A stretch of 48,123 nucleotides of DNA from Acidobacteriota bacterium (GTDB lineage Bacteria; Acidobacteriota; Terriglobia; Terriglobales; SCQP01). Under the pieces are notes generated by a model that worked only from the letters and a program-made list of their open reading frames with translations, did no database searches and was not told where the DNA came from. Below are positions 37,830 to 46,067 of the stretch, piece by piece. How positions within the stretch are numbered: position 1 is the stretch's first letter; every line of letters starts with the position of its first letter. Both the position numbers and the translations under genes were made by a program. The stretch is from positions 1 to 48,123 of the forward strand of contig DAIDIF010000053.1 in assembly GCA_027451805.1 (NCBI GenBank), written 5' to 3'.

Positions 37830-38996
37830 GTGACCTACGTGACCGATCTGCAGTGCAGCCTTTGCGCGGAGCGTGTGCCCGCCGATCGGCCGCAAACCGT
37901 CTGTCCCCAGTGCAGCGGATCGCTGGTCGTGCGCTACGACCTGGCGGCGGTGGGCCGGGCGCTGAACCCCCGCATCCTGGGCGCGCGCACCGAGCCCGAG
38001 CGCTCCATGTGGAAGTACCGCGAGTTGTTGCCCTCCGATGCGCCCGTCACCTTGGGCGAAGGCCAGACGCCGTTGTTGCCCGCACGGCGGCTGGGCGCGG
38101 CCCTGGGCGGCGAGCGCCTCTACGTCAAGGACGAGGGCCTGAACCCTACCGGCAGCTTCAAGGCGCGCGGCTTGGGCTGCGCCGTCACCATGCTCAAGCA
38201 GTTCGGCGTGCGCAAGGTTGCCATCCCCACCGCCGGCAACGCCGGTAGCGCGCTCGCCGCCTACGCCGCCGAGGCGAACATGGAGGCGCACATCTTCGCT
38301 CCCCGTGATGTGCCTCGCGGCAACCTCGCCGAGTACAACTTCTACGGCGCACGCGTGACCCTGGTGGACGGCCTGATCGGCGATTGCGCCAAGCTGGTCC
38401 AGGCGGGGCGCGAGCGCGAGGGCTGGTTCGACGTCAGCACCTTGAAGGAGCCCTACCGCGTCGAAGGCAAAAAGACCATGGGCCTCGAGGTGGTGGAGCA
38501 GCTCGGTTGGCGCGTGCCCGACGTGATCTTTTATCCCACCGGCGGCGGCGTCGGCTTGATCGGCATGTGGAAGGCGTTCGAGGAAATGGAGCAACTCGGC
38601 TGGATCGGCTCCGCCCGCCCGCGCATGGTGGCGGTCCAGGCCGAGGGTTGCGCCCCCGTGGCGCGCGCCTTCGCCGCCCACGCCCAGACCATGGAGCCGT
38701 TCCCCAACGCCGCCACCATGGCCGCCGGCCTGCGTGTCCCCAAGCCCTACGCCGATCGCGTCATCCTGCAGATTCTGTACGCCAGCCGCGGCACCGCGGT
38801 GACCGTGAGCGACCTCGAGATCCAGGCCGCCGTCCGCGACTTGGCCAGCCTGCAAGGCATCTTCGCCGCGCCCGAGGGCGCCGCGGCGGTGGCGGCGGCG
38901 CGCAAGCTCTACGCCAACGGCTGGCTTCGCCCCGAGGAAACCGTCGTGCTGTACAACACCGGCGGTGGCCTCAAATATCTCGACGTCCTCGGCTAA
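37830..38996 (+). CDS. thrC: Threonine synthase
   Basis: N-terminal CxxC..CxxC, TLGEGQTP, KDEGLNPTGSFKARG (PLP lysine), TAGNAG, EGKKTMG, PTGGG. Confidence 0.88.
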   Translation: MTYVTDLQCSLCAERVPADRPQTVCPQCSGSLVVRYDLAAVGRALNPRILGARTEPERSMWKYRELLPSDAPVTLGEGQTPLLPARRLGAALGGERLYVKDEGLNPTGSFKARGLGCAVTMLKQFGVRKVAIPTAGNAGSALAAYAAEANMEAHIFAPRDVPRGNLAEYNFYGARVTLVDGLIGDCAKLVQAGREREGWFDVSTLKEPYRVEGKKTMGLEVVEQLGWRVPDVIFYPTGGGVGLIGMWKAFEEMEQLGWIGSARPRMVAVQAEGCAPVARAFAAHAQTMEPFPNAATMAAGLRVPKPYADRVILQILYASRGTAVTVSDLEIQAAVRDLASLQGIFAAPEGAAAVAAARKLYANGWLRPEETVVLYNTGGGLKYLDVLG

Positions 38997-39010
38997 GCCA
39001 CGCGCTCAAC

Positions 39011-39046
39011 GGCAAAAGGGCGGGCCTTGCCGGCCCGCCCTTTGCC
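39011..39046. terminator. Hairpin between convergent thrC and RRM genes, probable intrinsic terminator
   Basis: ggcaaaagggcgggcc-ttgcc-ggcccgccctttgcc; GC stem with T runs on both strands. Confidence 0.75.
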
Positions 39047-39064
39047 ACTTGCCGATGCGGTTGC

Positions 39065-39415
39065 TTACCAGCGCTGTTCGCGCCCGCCGCGTCCGCCGCC
39101 CCCGCCGTAACCGCCGCGACCGCCGCCGCCCCCGCCACCCGGGCCGCGTCCGCCGCCGCCCACCCGTTCGGGCCGGGGCCGCGCCACATTGACGTTCAAC
39201 GTGCGCCCGTCAATCTCGCTGCCGTTGAGCGCCGCGATGGCGTTATCGCCTTCCTGGTCGTTGTTCATCTCGACAAAGCCGAAGCCGCGCGAACGTCCCG
39301 TGTCACGATCGGTCATGACGCTGACCCGGCTGACGGTTCCATACGCCTCAAAGGCCGAGCGCAGATCCCCTTCTGTCGTCTGGAACGACAGGTTGCCAAC
39401 AAAAATATTTTTCAA
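39065..39415 (-). CDS. RRM RNA-binding protein with Gly/Arg-rich tail
   Basis: TTG start (AAGGA upstream); RNP2 IFVGNL, RNP1 RGFGFVEM, NVARPR, GGRG tail. Confidence 0.92.
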   Translation of the reverse strand: MKNIFVGNLSFQTTEGDLRSAFEAYGTVSRVSVMTDRDTGRSRGFGFVEMNNDQEGDNAIAALNGSEIDGRTLNVNVARPRPERVGGGGRGPGGGGGGGRGGYGGGGGRGGREQRW

Positions 39416-39576
39416 GGGAGCAAATCCTTCTGAACAGAGAGCTATTTGCCTTGGCTGTCTTTGGCGAATAGGCGGGTCGGGACAGGTTTGTACCGCACGG
39501 TCTACAGGCATCGAGCAGACGAGCAAACGCACCTGTAGCATAGCACAAAAATGACCCTATGTCGCCGCCGTCAGCT

Positions 39577-39876
39577 CTATCCGGCGGAGGTCGCTGCTGA
39601 GGGTGGATTTAGCGCATCTTTCAGATCCGGACTGAGCACAAAGTGCACCGAATTGCGGGGGGCAATATGGATGCGCCCCCCCGTGCGTGGGTCCCGACCG
39701 GTGCGTGCCCGGCGCGCCACCGGCCGAAAGGTTCCAAATCCAGCAAGAGTTACGCGCCGGCCGTTTGCCAACTCGCCCGCGATGGCAGCCAACCCGGCGC
39801 TTAAGGCACGCTCGGCCGCCACTCGCGGTACTCCGCTGGCGGCGGCCATTGCTTGAGCAACGTCACTCCGATTCAT
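39577..39876 (-). CDS. HU/IHF family DNA-binding protein
   Basis: VTLAGFGTF, RRARTGRDPRTG, LKDALN; ATG 39876 with GGAGG upstream. Confidence 0.88.
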   Translation of the reverse strand: MNRSDVAQAMAAASGVPRVAAERALSAGLAAIAGELANGRRVTLAGFGTFRPVARRARTGRDPRTGGRIHIAPRNSVHFVLSPDLKDALNPPSAATSAG

Positions 39877-39998
39877 CGTTCTATTGCCCTCCACAGGGGT
39901 AAATCTGAGCGGTTTATAGCAAAATATGAAGCAGCATGCAATTGCCTGACCCAGCCGAGGCACTCCTGCCTGCGGAGCCTGGCCCACGGGAGGGCGGC

Positions 39999-40220
39999 AT
40001 GCCGCAGCGGCTGTGGCTGCGTGCCCTGGTCCTGGTCGCCGGCATCGAAGTCGGACTGTTGCTGCTGACTCTGCCGTGGACGCAGTTTTGGGATCGCGGC
40101 ACCATCTGGCTGCCCTGGATCTCCTTCTGGCGCAGCCCCTACGTTCGCGGGGCGGTCAGCGGCTTGGGAATAGTCAACTTGTGGGCGGCGGCAAGCGAAA
40201 TCACGCGCTTTCGGTTCTAG
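39999..40220 (+). CDS. Small hypothetical membrane protein (73 aa; alternative start 39936)
   Basis: GGGAGG RBS; two hydrophobic segments (EVGLLLLTLPW; YVRGAVSGLGIVNLW). Confidence 0.65.
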   Translation: MPQRLWLRALVLVAGIEVGLLLLTLPWTQFWDRGTIWLPWISFWRSPYVRGAVSGLGIVNLWAAASEITRFRF

Positions 40221-40813
40221 CCCGCCGGCCGCTGCTCTACGCCATCAGCCCCGGCGTCGGCGCCGCCGGGCTGGCGGCGCTGGAGCGGGCGGCACGGGAG
40301 GGCGTCGCCGTGGTGCAGGTGCGCGAAAAAGCGCTCTCCGCACCGGCGTTGCTCGATGCCTGCCGGCGCCTGCGCGCGGCGCTGGCGGGCAGCGGGACGC
40401 TGATTCTGGTCAATGAGCGCTGGGACGTGGCGCTGGCGGCGGGGCTGGACGGGGTGCATCTGCCCGCCGCCGCCGCCCCCGCCGCGCGCGTGCGGGCGCT
40501 GGCGCCCGGGCTGATCTTGGGCCGTAGCTGCCACAGCGCCGCTGCCGCCGCTGCCGCCGCCGCCGAGGGGTGCGACTACTGCCTCCTGGGTCCGGTGTAC
40601 GCCACGCCCTCCAAGGCCGGCTTCGGACCGCCGCTGGGGCTGGACGAACTCGCGCGCGCCGCGCGCGCCCCCATCCCGGTGCTGGCCTTGGGCGGCATCA
40701 ACGCCGCCAACGCCGCAGCCTGCCTGGAGCGCGGCGCCGCCGGCCTGGCCGGCATCCGCCTGTTCGACCCCGGGCGGGGGGAACCAGGCGCCCCTGATCC
40801 CCGTAGACTGTAG
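40181..40813 (+). CDS. thiE: Thiamine-phosphate synthase family protein; start uncertain
   Basis: LYAIS, VQVREK, LVNERWDVALAAGLDGVHLP, GRSCHS, GPVYATPSK, ALGGI. Could be the TenI-like paralogue. Confidence 0.78.
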   Translation: MGGGKRNHALSVLARRPLLYAISPGVGAAGLAALERAAREGVAVVQVREKALSAPALLDACRRLRAALAGSGTLILVNERWDVALAAGLDGVHLPAAAAPAARVRALAPGLILGRSCHSAAAAAAAAAEGCDYCLLGPVYATPSKAGFGPPLGLDELARAARAPIPVLALGGINAANAAACLERGAAGLAGIRLFDPGRGEPGAPDPRRL

Positions 40814-40827
40814 ACGGGAGGGCGGTT

Positions 40828-41526
40828 ATGTCTACACCCAATACGCCTTTGCCGCCGCCGCCGCGCACCAATAGCACGGTGGTCGCGGTCGTGGTCGGCA
40901 TCGTCGCCGTGTTTGCCATCATCATCGGCAGCGGCGTGTTCGTGGTCGGCACGGTGCTGCATGGCACCCGCATCGTTCAGCTCGGCCACGGGGACAGCCG
41001 CCGCGTCCAGATCCACTCGCCGCTGGGCGACATCAACGTCCACGGCCAGGGCAATACCGCCAAGGTGGATATCGAGTCGCCCTTCGGCAGCCTCCATGTC
41101 AATCCGCACCCCGACGTCACCCGGCTTGACATGCCGGTGTATCCCGGCGCCACGCTGGTCACCTCCACCGCCCAATCGCCGTTTCATCATGACGGCAGCA
41201 TGCCCGGCATGCGCGACATGCAGGGCCTGCGCCTGCGCGACGGCGATACCCCCGGGGCCGAAGTGGAGTTGCAGGGCCCGAGCGGCCGCATGACGATCAC
41301 TGTGGCCGAGTTCGTCACTCCGGCCACGCCCGCGCAAGTGGACCAGTACTACCGCCGGCAATTGGCGTCGTACGGCGAGGTGACCAGCCGGTTCGACAAC
41401 GGCGCCCAGCGCCTCGAGGTCAAATTGTCCGATACCGACCGCCGCGTGGCCGCCATCAAGCCCGGCGGCGACGGCACCCACTTCGTGCTGGTGCGCGTCT
41501 CCGGCGGCGCGGCGGCGGCGAAGTAG
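40828..41526 (+). CDS. Hypothetical single-pass membrane protein
   Basis: GGGAGG RBS; N-terminal TM helix followed by a beta-rich domain with MPVYPGA. Confidence 0.72.
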   Translation: MSTPNTPLPPPPRTNSTVVAVVVGIVAVFAIIIGSGVFVVGTVLHGTRIVQLGHGDSRRVQIHSPLGDINVHGQGNTAKVDIESPFGSLHVNPHPDVTRLDMPVYPGATLVTSTAQSPFHHDGSMPGMRDMQGLRLRDGDTPGAEVELQGPSGRMTITVAEFVTPATPAQVDQYYRRQLASYGEVTSRFDNGAQRLEVKLSDTDRRVAAIKPGGDGTHFVLVRVSGGAAAAK

Positions 41527-41527
41527 C

Positions 41528-42823
41528 TTACGCCTCCAGCGCCCGGTCCAGGATCGCGTCCGCGTGGCGCAGGTGGCGGCTGAGGTCGAACGCCTGGGCG
41601 ATCACCTCCGGCCGCACCGCGGCGCGGATCTCGGCGTCGGCCTCGATCAGCGCGCGGAAGTCGCCGCCGGTCTGCCACGCCTCCATGGCGTTGCGCTGCA
41701 CCCAGCGGTAGGCCTGCTCGCGCGCGACGCCGGCATCCACCAGATCGAGCAGGAGTTGGCCGCTGAACACCAGCCCGCGGGTGAGCTCCAGGTTGCGCCG
41801 CATCTGGTCCGGGTAGACCAGCAGTTGGTCCACCAGGCCGGTGATCTTGTCGAGCATGTAGTCCAGCAGGATGCAGGAATCGGGTAGCACCACCCGCTCC
41901 ACCGAGCTGTGGCTGATGTCGCGCTCGTGCCAGAGCGCGACATTTTCCAGCCCCGCCTGGGCGTTGCCGCGCAGCAGGCGCGCCAGGCCCGAGATCTGCT
42001 CGCTCACCACCGGGTTGCGCTTGTGCGGCATCGCGCTCGAGCCCTTCTGCCCGGCGGAGAAGTACTCCTCCGCTTCGCGCACCTCGGTGCGTTGCAGGTG
42101 CCGGATCTCGATCGCCATCATCTCCAGCGAGGCGCCGGCCACCGCCAGCGCGCACAAAAAGGCGGCGTGGCGGTCGCGCTGCAGCACCTGGGTGGAGATG
42201 GGCGCGGGCGCCAGCCCCAGGCGCGCGCAGATGCGCGCCTCCACCTCCGGGCCGAGGTGGGCGAAGGTGCCCACCGCCCCGCTGATCTTGCCCACCCGCA
42301 TGTCCTCGGCCGCGGCTTCCAGCCGGCGTTGGTTGCGCCGGTTCGCGGCGAACCAGTTGGCGAACTTCAGCCCGAACGCGATCGGCTCGGCGTGTACGCC
42401 ATGGGTGCGGCCGATCTGCGGGGTGTGGGCGAATTCCCGCGCCCGCCGGCGCAGCACCTGCCCCAGCCGCTCCATGTCCTCCCGCAGCAGCGCCGCCGCC
42501 TGCTGCACCTGCAGCGCCTGGGCGGTGTCGATCACGTCGTTGGAGGTCAGCCCGTAATGCAGGTAGCGCGCCTCCGCGCCCACGTGCTCGGCCACGTTGG
42601 TGGTGAAGGCGATCAGGTCGTGCTTCAGCTCCGCCTCCAGCGTGGCGATGCGTGCCGGGTCGCAGCCGCCGCGCTCGCGGATGGCGCGCGCCGCCGCCGC
42701 CGGGATGATGCCCAGTTCCGCCTGCGCTTCCGCCGCCGCCTTCTCCACTTCCAGCCACTGCGCGAAGCGGTTCTCCTCCGACCAGATCGCCCCCATCCCG
42801 GACCGGGTGTAACGCGGAATCAT
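41528..42823 (-). CDS. purB: Adenylosuccinate lyase
   Basis: MIPRY, HYGLTSND, GRTHGVHAEP, GSSAMPHKRNP, HERDISHSSVER. Confidence 0.97.
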   Translation of the reverse strand: MIPRYTRSGMGAIWSEENRFAQWLEVEKAAAEAQAELGIIPAAAARAIRERGGCDPARIATLEAELKHDLIAFTTNVAEHVGAEARYLHYGLTSNDVIDTAQALQVQQAAALLREDMERLGQVLRRRAREFAHTPQIGRTHGVHAEPIAFGLKFANWFAANRRNQRRLEAAAEDMRVGKISGAVGTFAHLGPEVEARICARLGLAPAPISTQVLQRDRHAAFLCALAVAGASLEMMAIEIRHLQRTEVREAEEYFSAGQKGSSAMPHKRNPVVSEQISGLARLLRGNAQAGLENVALWHERDISHSSVERVVLPDSCILLDYMLDKITGLVDQLLVYPDQMRRNLELTRGLVFSGQLLLDLVDAGVAREQAYRWVQRNAMEAWQTGGDFRALIEADAEIRAAVRPEVIAQAFDLSRHLRHADAILDRALEA

Positions 42824-42828
42824 GTCTC

Positions 42829-42838
42829 TGCTAGAATA
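42829..42838. promoter_or_regulatory. Overlapping bidirectional -10 elements for purB and pyrR
   Basis: Plus strand TGC-TAGAAT (42829-42837) and minus strand TATTCT (42838-42833); each is 9 nt from its ATG in a 23-bp intergenic gap. Confidence 0.7.
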
Positions 42839-42846
42839 ACCTCGCT

Positions 42847-43410
42847 ATGCCGGATGCCGCGTCCTTGCTGCGCGAAAAAGCCCAGCTCATGTCGGGCAGC
42901 GAGATCGAGCGTACCCTGGTCCGCCTGGCGCACGAGATCGTGGAGAAGAACAACGGCGCCGAGGACTTGGCGCTGATCGGCATTAAGCGCCGCGGCGAGC
43001 CCCTCGCCCGCCGCCTGGCCGCGCTCGCCGCCCGCATCGAGAGCCGCCCGGTGCCGGTGGGCACGCTCGACATTACCCTCTACCGCGACGACCTCTCCCC
43101 CCTCGACGTCAAGCCGGTGGTGCGCCCGGCCCAGATCGATTTCGACATCCAGGGGCGCAGCGTGGTGCTGGTGGACGACGTGCTCTACACCGGGCGCACC
43201 ATCCGCGCCGCCCTGGACGCGCTCTTCGACCACGGCCGCCCCCGCCGGGTGCAGCTCTGCGTCCTGGTCGATCGCGGCCACCGCGAGCTCCCCATCGAGG
43301 CCTCCTTCGTGGGCAAGTACGTGCAGACCGCGGCGCGCGAGATGGTCGAGGTGCGGCTCAAGGAAACCGACGGCAGCGAACGCGTGCTGCTGGTGGAACC
43401 CGCCGGATGA
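42847..43410 (+). CDS. pyrR: Bifunctional pyr operon regulator / uracil phosphoribosyltransferase
   Basis: RLAHEIVE, LDITLYRDD, LVDDVLYTGRT, DRGHRELPI. Confidence 0.95.
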   Translation: MPDAASLLREKAQLMSGSEIERTLVRLAHEIVEKNNGAEDLALIGIKRRGEPLARRLAALAARIESRPVPVGTLDITLYRDDLSPLDVKPVVRPAQIDFDIQGRSVVLVDDVLYTGRTIRAALDALFDHGRPRRVQLCVLVDRGHRELPIEASFVGKYVQTAAREMVEVRLKETDGSERVLLVEPAG

Positions 43411-44318
43411 GCCCGCCGCCGCATCTGCTCGGGATCGAGGGGCTGAGCGCGGCGCGGATCGAGCGGTTGTTGTCCTTGGCGCAGCGCTTCCACGCCGCCG
43501 CCCCGCCGCGCAGCCTCGCCGGCAAACGCCTGCTGGTGCTCTTCTACGAGGCCTCCACCCGCACCCGCACCTCCTTTGAGGTGGCCGCCCGCCGCCTGGG
43601 CGCGGAAACGGTCTCGGTCACCGCCCAGTCCAGCAGCATCGAAAAGGGCGAGTCGCTGCTCGACACCGTCTATACCCTGAGCGCCATGGTGATCGATGGC
43701 ATCGTCGTGCGCCACGCCTCCAGCGGCGCTCCCCGCCTGGTGGCCGAGCACGTGGACGTGCCCGTGATCAACGCCGGCGACGGCATGCACGAGCACCCCA
43801 CCCAGGCCCTGCTCGACGGCTTCACCATCCTCCGCCACCGCCCCGCCATCGCCGGCCTCAAGGTCGCCATCATCGGCGATCTGCTGCACAGCCGCGTGGC
43901 CCGCTCCAACCTGCTGCTCCTCTCCCGCCTGGGCGCCGAGGTCTGGCTGTGCGGCCCCCGCACCCTGCTGCCGCCGGAGTTCGCCGCCTACGGCCCCGGC
44001 GTCCGCTTGACCCACGAGTTGGAGGAGGCGCTGGCCGGCGCCGACGTGGTCATGGTGCTGCGCATCCAGATGGAACGCATGCGCGAGAGCTTCTTCCCCA
44101 GCGAGGCCGAGTACGTCGCCCGCTACTCGGTCACCCGCGAGCGCCTGCGCACCGCCAAGCCCGACGCCCTGGTCATGCATCCCGGACCCATGATCCGCGG
44201 GGTGGAAATCAGCGCCGAAGTGGCGGATTCGCCCCAGTCGGTGATTCGCGAACAGGTCGAAAACGGCGTGCTCATCCGCATGGCGGTGCTGCACGACGCG
44301 CTGCAGGGCGCCGCGTGA
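43407..44318 (+). CDS. pyrB: Aspartate carbamoyltransferase catalytic subunit
   Basis: EASTRTRTSF, NAGDGMHEHPTQ, HSRVARS, HPGP. Confidence 0.96.
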   Translation: MSPPPHLLGIEGLSAARIERLLSLAQRFHAAAPPRSLAGKRLLVLFYEASTRTRTSFEVAARRLGAETVSVTAQSSSIEKGESLLDTVYTLSAMVIDGIVVRHASSGAPRLVAEHVDVPVINAGDGMHEHPTQALLDGFTILRHRPAIAGLKVAIIGDLLHSRVARSNLLLLSRLGAEVWLCGPRTLLPPEFAAYGPGVRLTHELEEALAGADVVMVLRIQMERMRESFFPSEAEYVARYSVTRERLRTAKPDALVMHPGPMIRGVEISAEVADSPQSVIREQVENGVLIRMAVLHDALQGAA

Positions 44319-45607
44319 GCTTGATCCTGCGCAACGGACGCCTGCTCGATCCCGGCCGCGGCCTCGACCAGGTGGGCGATCTGGTGCTCGAGGGCGACCG
44401 CATCCGCGCCCTCGGCCCCGGCATCGCCGCCGCCTCCCCCGGCTCGCTCGACTGCACCGGCCTGGTGGTCGCTCCCGGCTTCATCGATCTGCACGTGCAC
44501 CTGCGCGAGCCCGGCTTCGAGTACAAGGAGACCATCGAGAGCGGCACCCGCGCCGCCGCCGCCGGCGGCTTCACCGCCGTCTGCGCCATGCCCAACACCA
44601 GCCCGGTCAACGACAACGCCGGCGCCACCGCCTACCTCATCCAGCGCGCGCGCGAGTTCGGCCACGCCCGCGTCTATCCCATCGGCGCCATCACCGCCGG
44701 CAGCCAGGGCGAGCGCCTGGCGGCGCTGGGGGCGATGCGCGAGGCCGGCGCGGTGGGCTACTCCGACGACGGTCGCCCGGTGAGGAACGCCCAGATCATG
44801 CGCCGCGCCCTCGAGTACGCCTCCATGCTCGGCTTGCCCGTCGTTCAGCATGCCGAAGACCTCGACCTCTCCGCCGGCGGCAGCATGCACGCCGGCGCGG
44901 TGGCGCTGCGGCTGGGGCTGCGCGGCATCAGCTCCGCCAGCGAGGCCACCGTGGTCGCGCGCGACCTGCTGCTGGCGGAAGAGACCGGCGCCCGGCTGCA
45001 CATCGCCCACGTTTCCACCGCCGCCTCCGCCCGCCTGCTGCGCGAGGCCAAGTCCCGCGGCGTGCGCGTCACCGCCGAGGTCACCCCCCATCACCTCTCC
45101 CTCTGCGACGAGGACCTGGTTCCCTACGACGCCAACTTCAAGATGAACCCGCCGTTGCGCTCCCGCGCCGACCGCGATGCCCTCATCGCCGCCCTCGCCG
45201 ACGGCACCCTCGATGCCATCGCCACCGACCACGCCCCTCACGCCGCCCACGAAAAACAGCAGGAGTTCGACCGCGCCCCCTTCGGCATCCTCGGCCTCGA
45301 GACCGCCCTGCCGCTGGGCCTGCGCCTGGTCGCCGCCGGCGCCATCCCGCTCTCCCGCTTGCTGGACGCCCTCAGCGGCGCCCCCGCCCGCGCCTTCGGC
45401 TTGCCCGGCGGCGCGCTCGTCCCCGGCGGCCTCGCCGACGTCACCGTCTTCGATCCCGCCGCCGCCTGGACCTATGATCCCGCCCAGGGCTGCTCCAAGA
45501 GCCGCAACTCCCCCTTCGCCGGCTGGACGTTGCAAGGCCGCGCCGTCTACACCATCGTCGGCGGCCGGGTGACGTTTGCCTCACGCGGCAACTTGGACAC
45601 GCCCTGA
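44315..45607 (+). CDS. pyrC: Dihydroorotase
   Basis: GTG start overlapping the pyrB stop; PGFIDLHVHLREPG, MPNT, KMNPPLR, ATDHAPH. Confidence 0.95.
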   Translation: MSLILRNGRLLDPGRGLDQVGDLVLEGDRIRALGPGIAAASPGSLDCTGLVVAPGFIDLHVHLREPGFEYKETIESGTRAAAAGGFTAVCAMPNTSPVNDNAGATAYLIQRAREFGHARVYPIGAITAGSQGERLAALGAMREAGAVGYSDDGRPVRNAQIMRRALEYASMLGLPVVQHAEDLDLSAGGSMHAGAVALRLGLRGISSASEATVVARDLLLAEETGARLHIAHVSTAASARLLREAKSRGVRVTAEVTPHHLSLCDEDLVPYDANFKMNPPLRSRADRDALIAALADGTLDAIATDHAPHAAHEKQQEFDRAPFGILGLETALPLGLRLVAAGAIPLSRLLDALSGAPARAFGLPGGALVPGGLADVTVFDPAAAWTYDPAQGCSKSRNSPFAGWTLQGRAVYTIVGGRVTFASRGNLDTP

Positions 45608-45695
45608 GCGCCAGCGGGCGTCCGTTGCCGGGGATCGAAGCACGGCCACAGCCCGACCAGCGGGAGGGCGGCATGAGCAAAAGGTGGCCGAGCCG

Positions 45696-46067
45696 CTAGG
45701 CCACCGGAATCTGCAGATTGAGCCGCAGGTCCCGGGTGAACTCGTACTCCGAGTCGGTGCGCACTTTGCTCCGGCGCCCCTTCCAGGCGGCGTACACCTG
45801 GTAGCTGGTGTTGGCCTGCAACTGGTGGAAGCTGTAGCCGCCCGAGCTGCCGGTGATCATGCTGCGTATGTTCTTGGTGCGCAGGTTTTTCAGGTACACC
45901 ACCGCGCGCGGCAGTGGCCGCCCCAGCGCATCCTGCACCACGCCGTATACGCTGCGCCCCAGTTTGGGGGTCTGTTGCGCGCCTGCCGCCAGTGCCGCCC
46001 CCAGTAGCGCCAGCGTCAGGGTGCGGCCGAGCCACCCTCCGGAGACGGTGCTCGTCACCGCGCGCAT
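45696..46067 (-). CDS. Exported carboxypeptidase-regulatory-like (beta-sandwich) domain protein
   Basis: Signal peptide; VYGVVQDALGRPLPRAVVYLKN...GGYSFHQL...YQVYA pattern. Confidence 0.75.
   Translation of the reverse strand: MRAVTSTVSGGWLGRTLTLALLGAALAAGAQQTPKLGRSVYGVVQDALGRPLPRAVVYLKNLRTKNIRSMITGSSGGYSFHQLQANTSYQVYAAWKGRRSKVRTDSEYEFTRDLRLNLQIPVA

Noticed and set aside
39880-40220. TPP riboswitch upstream of thiE
   Set aside because: No CTGAGA / ACCTGA core is visible, and the space is occupied by a small membrane ORF.
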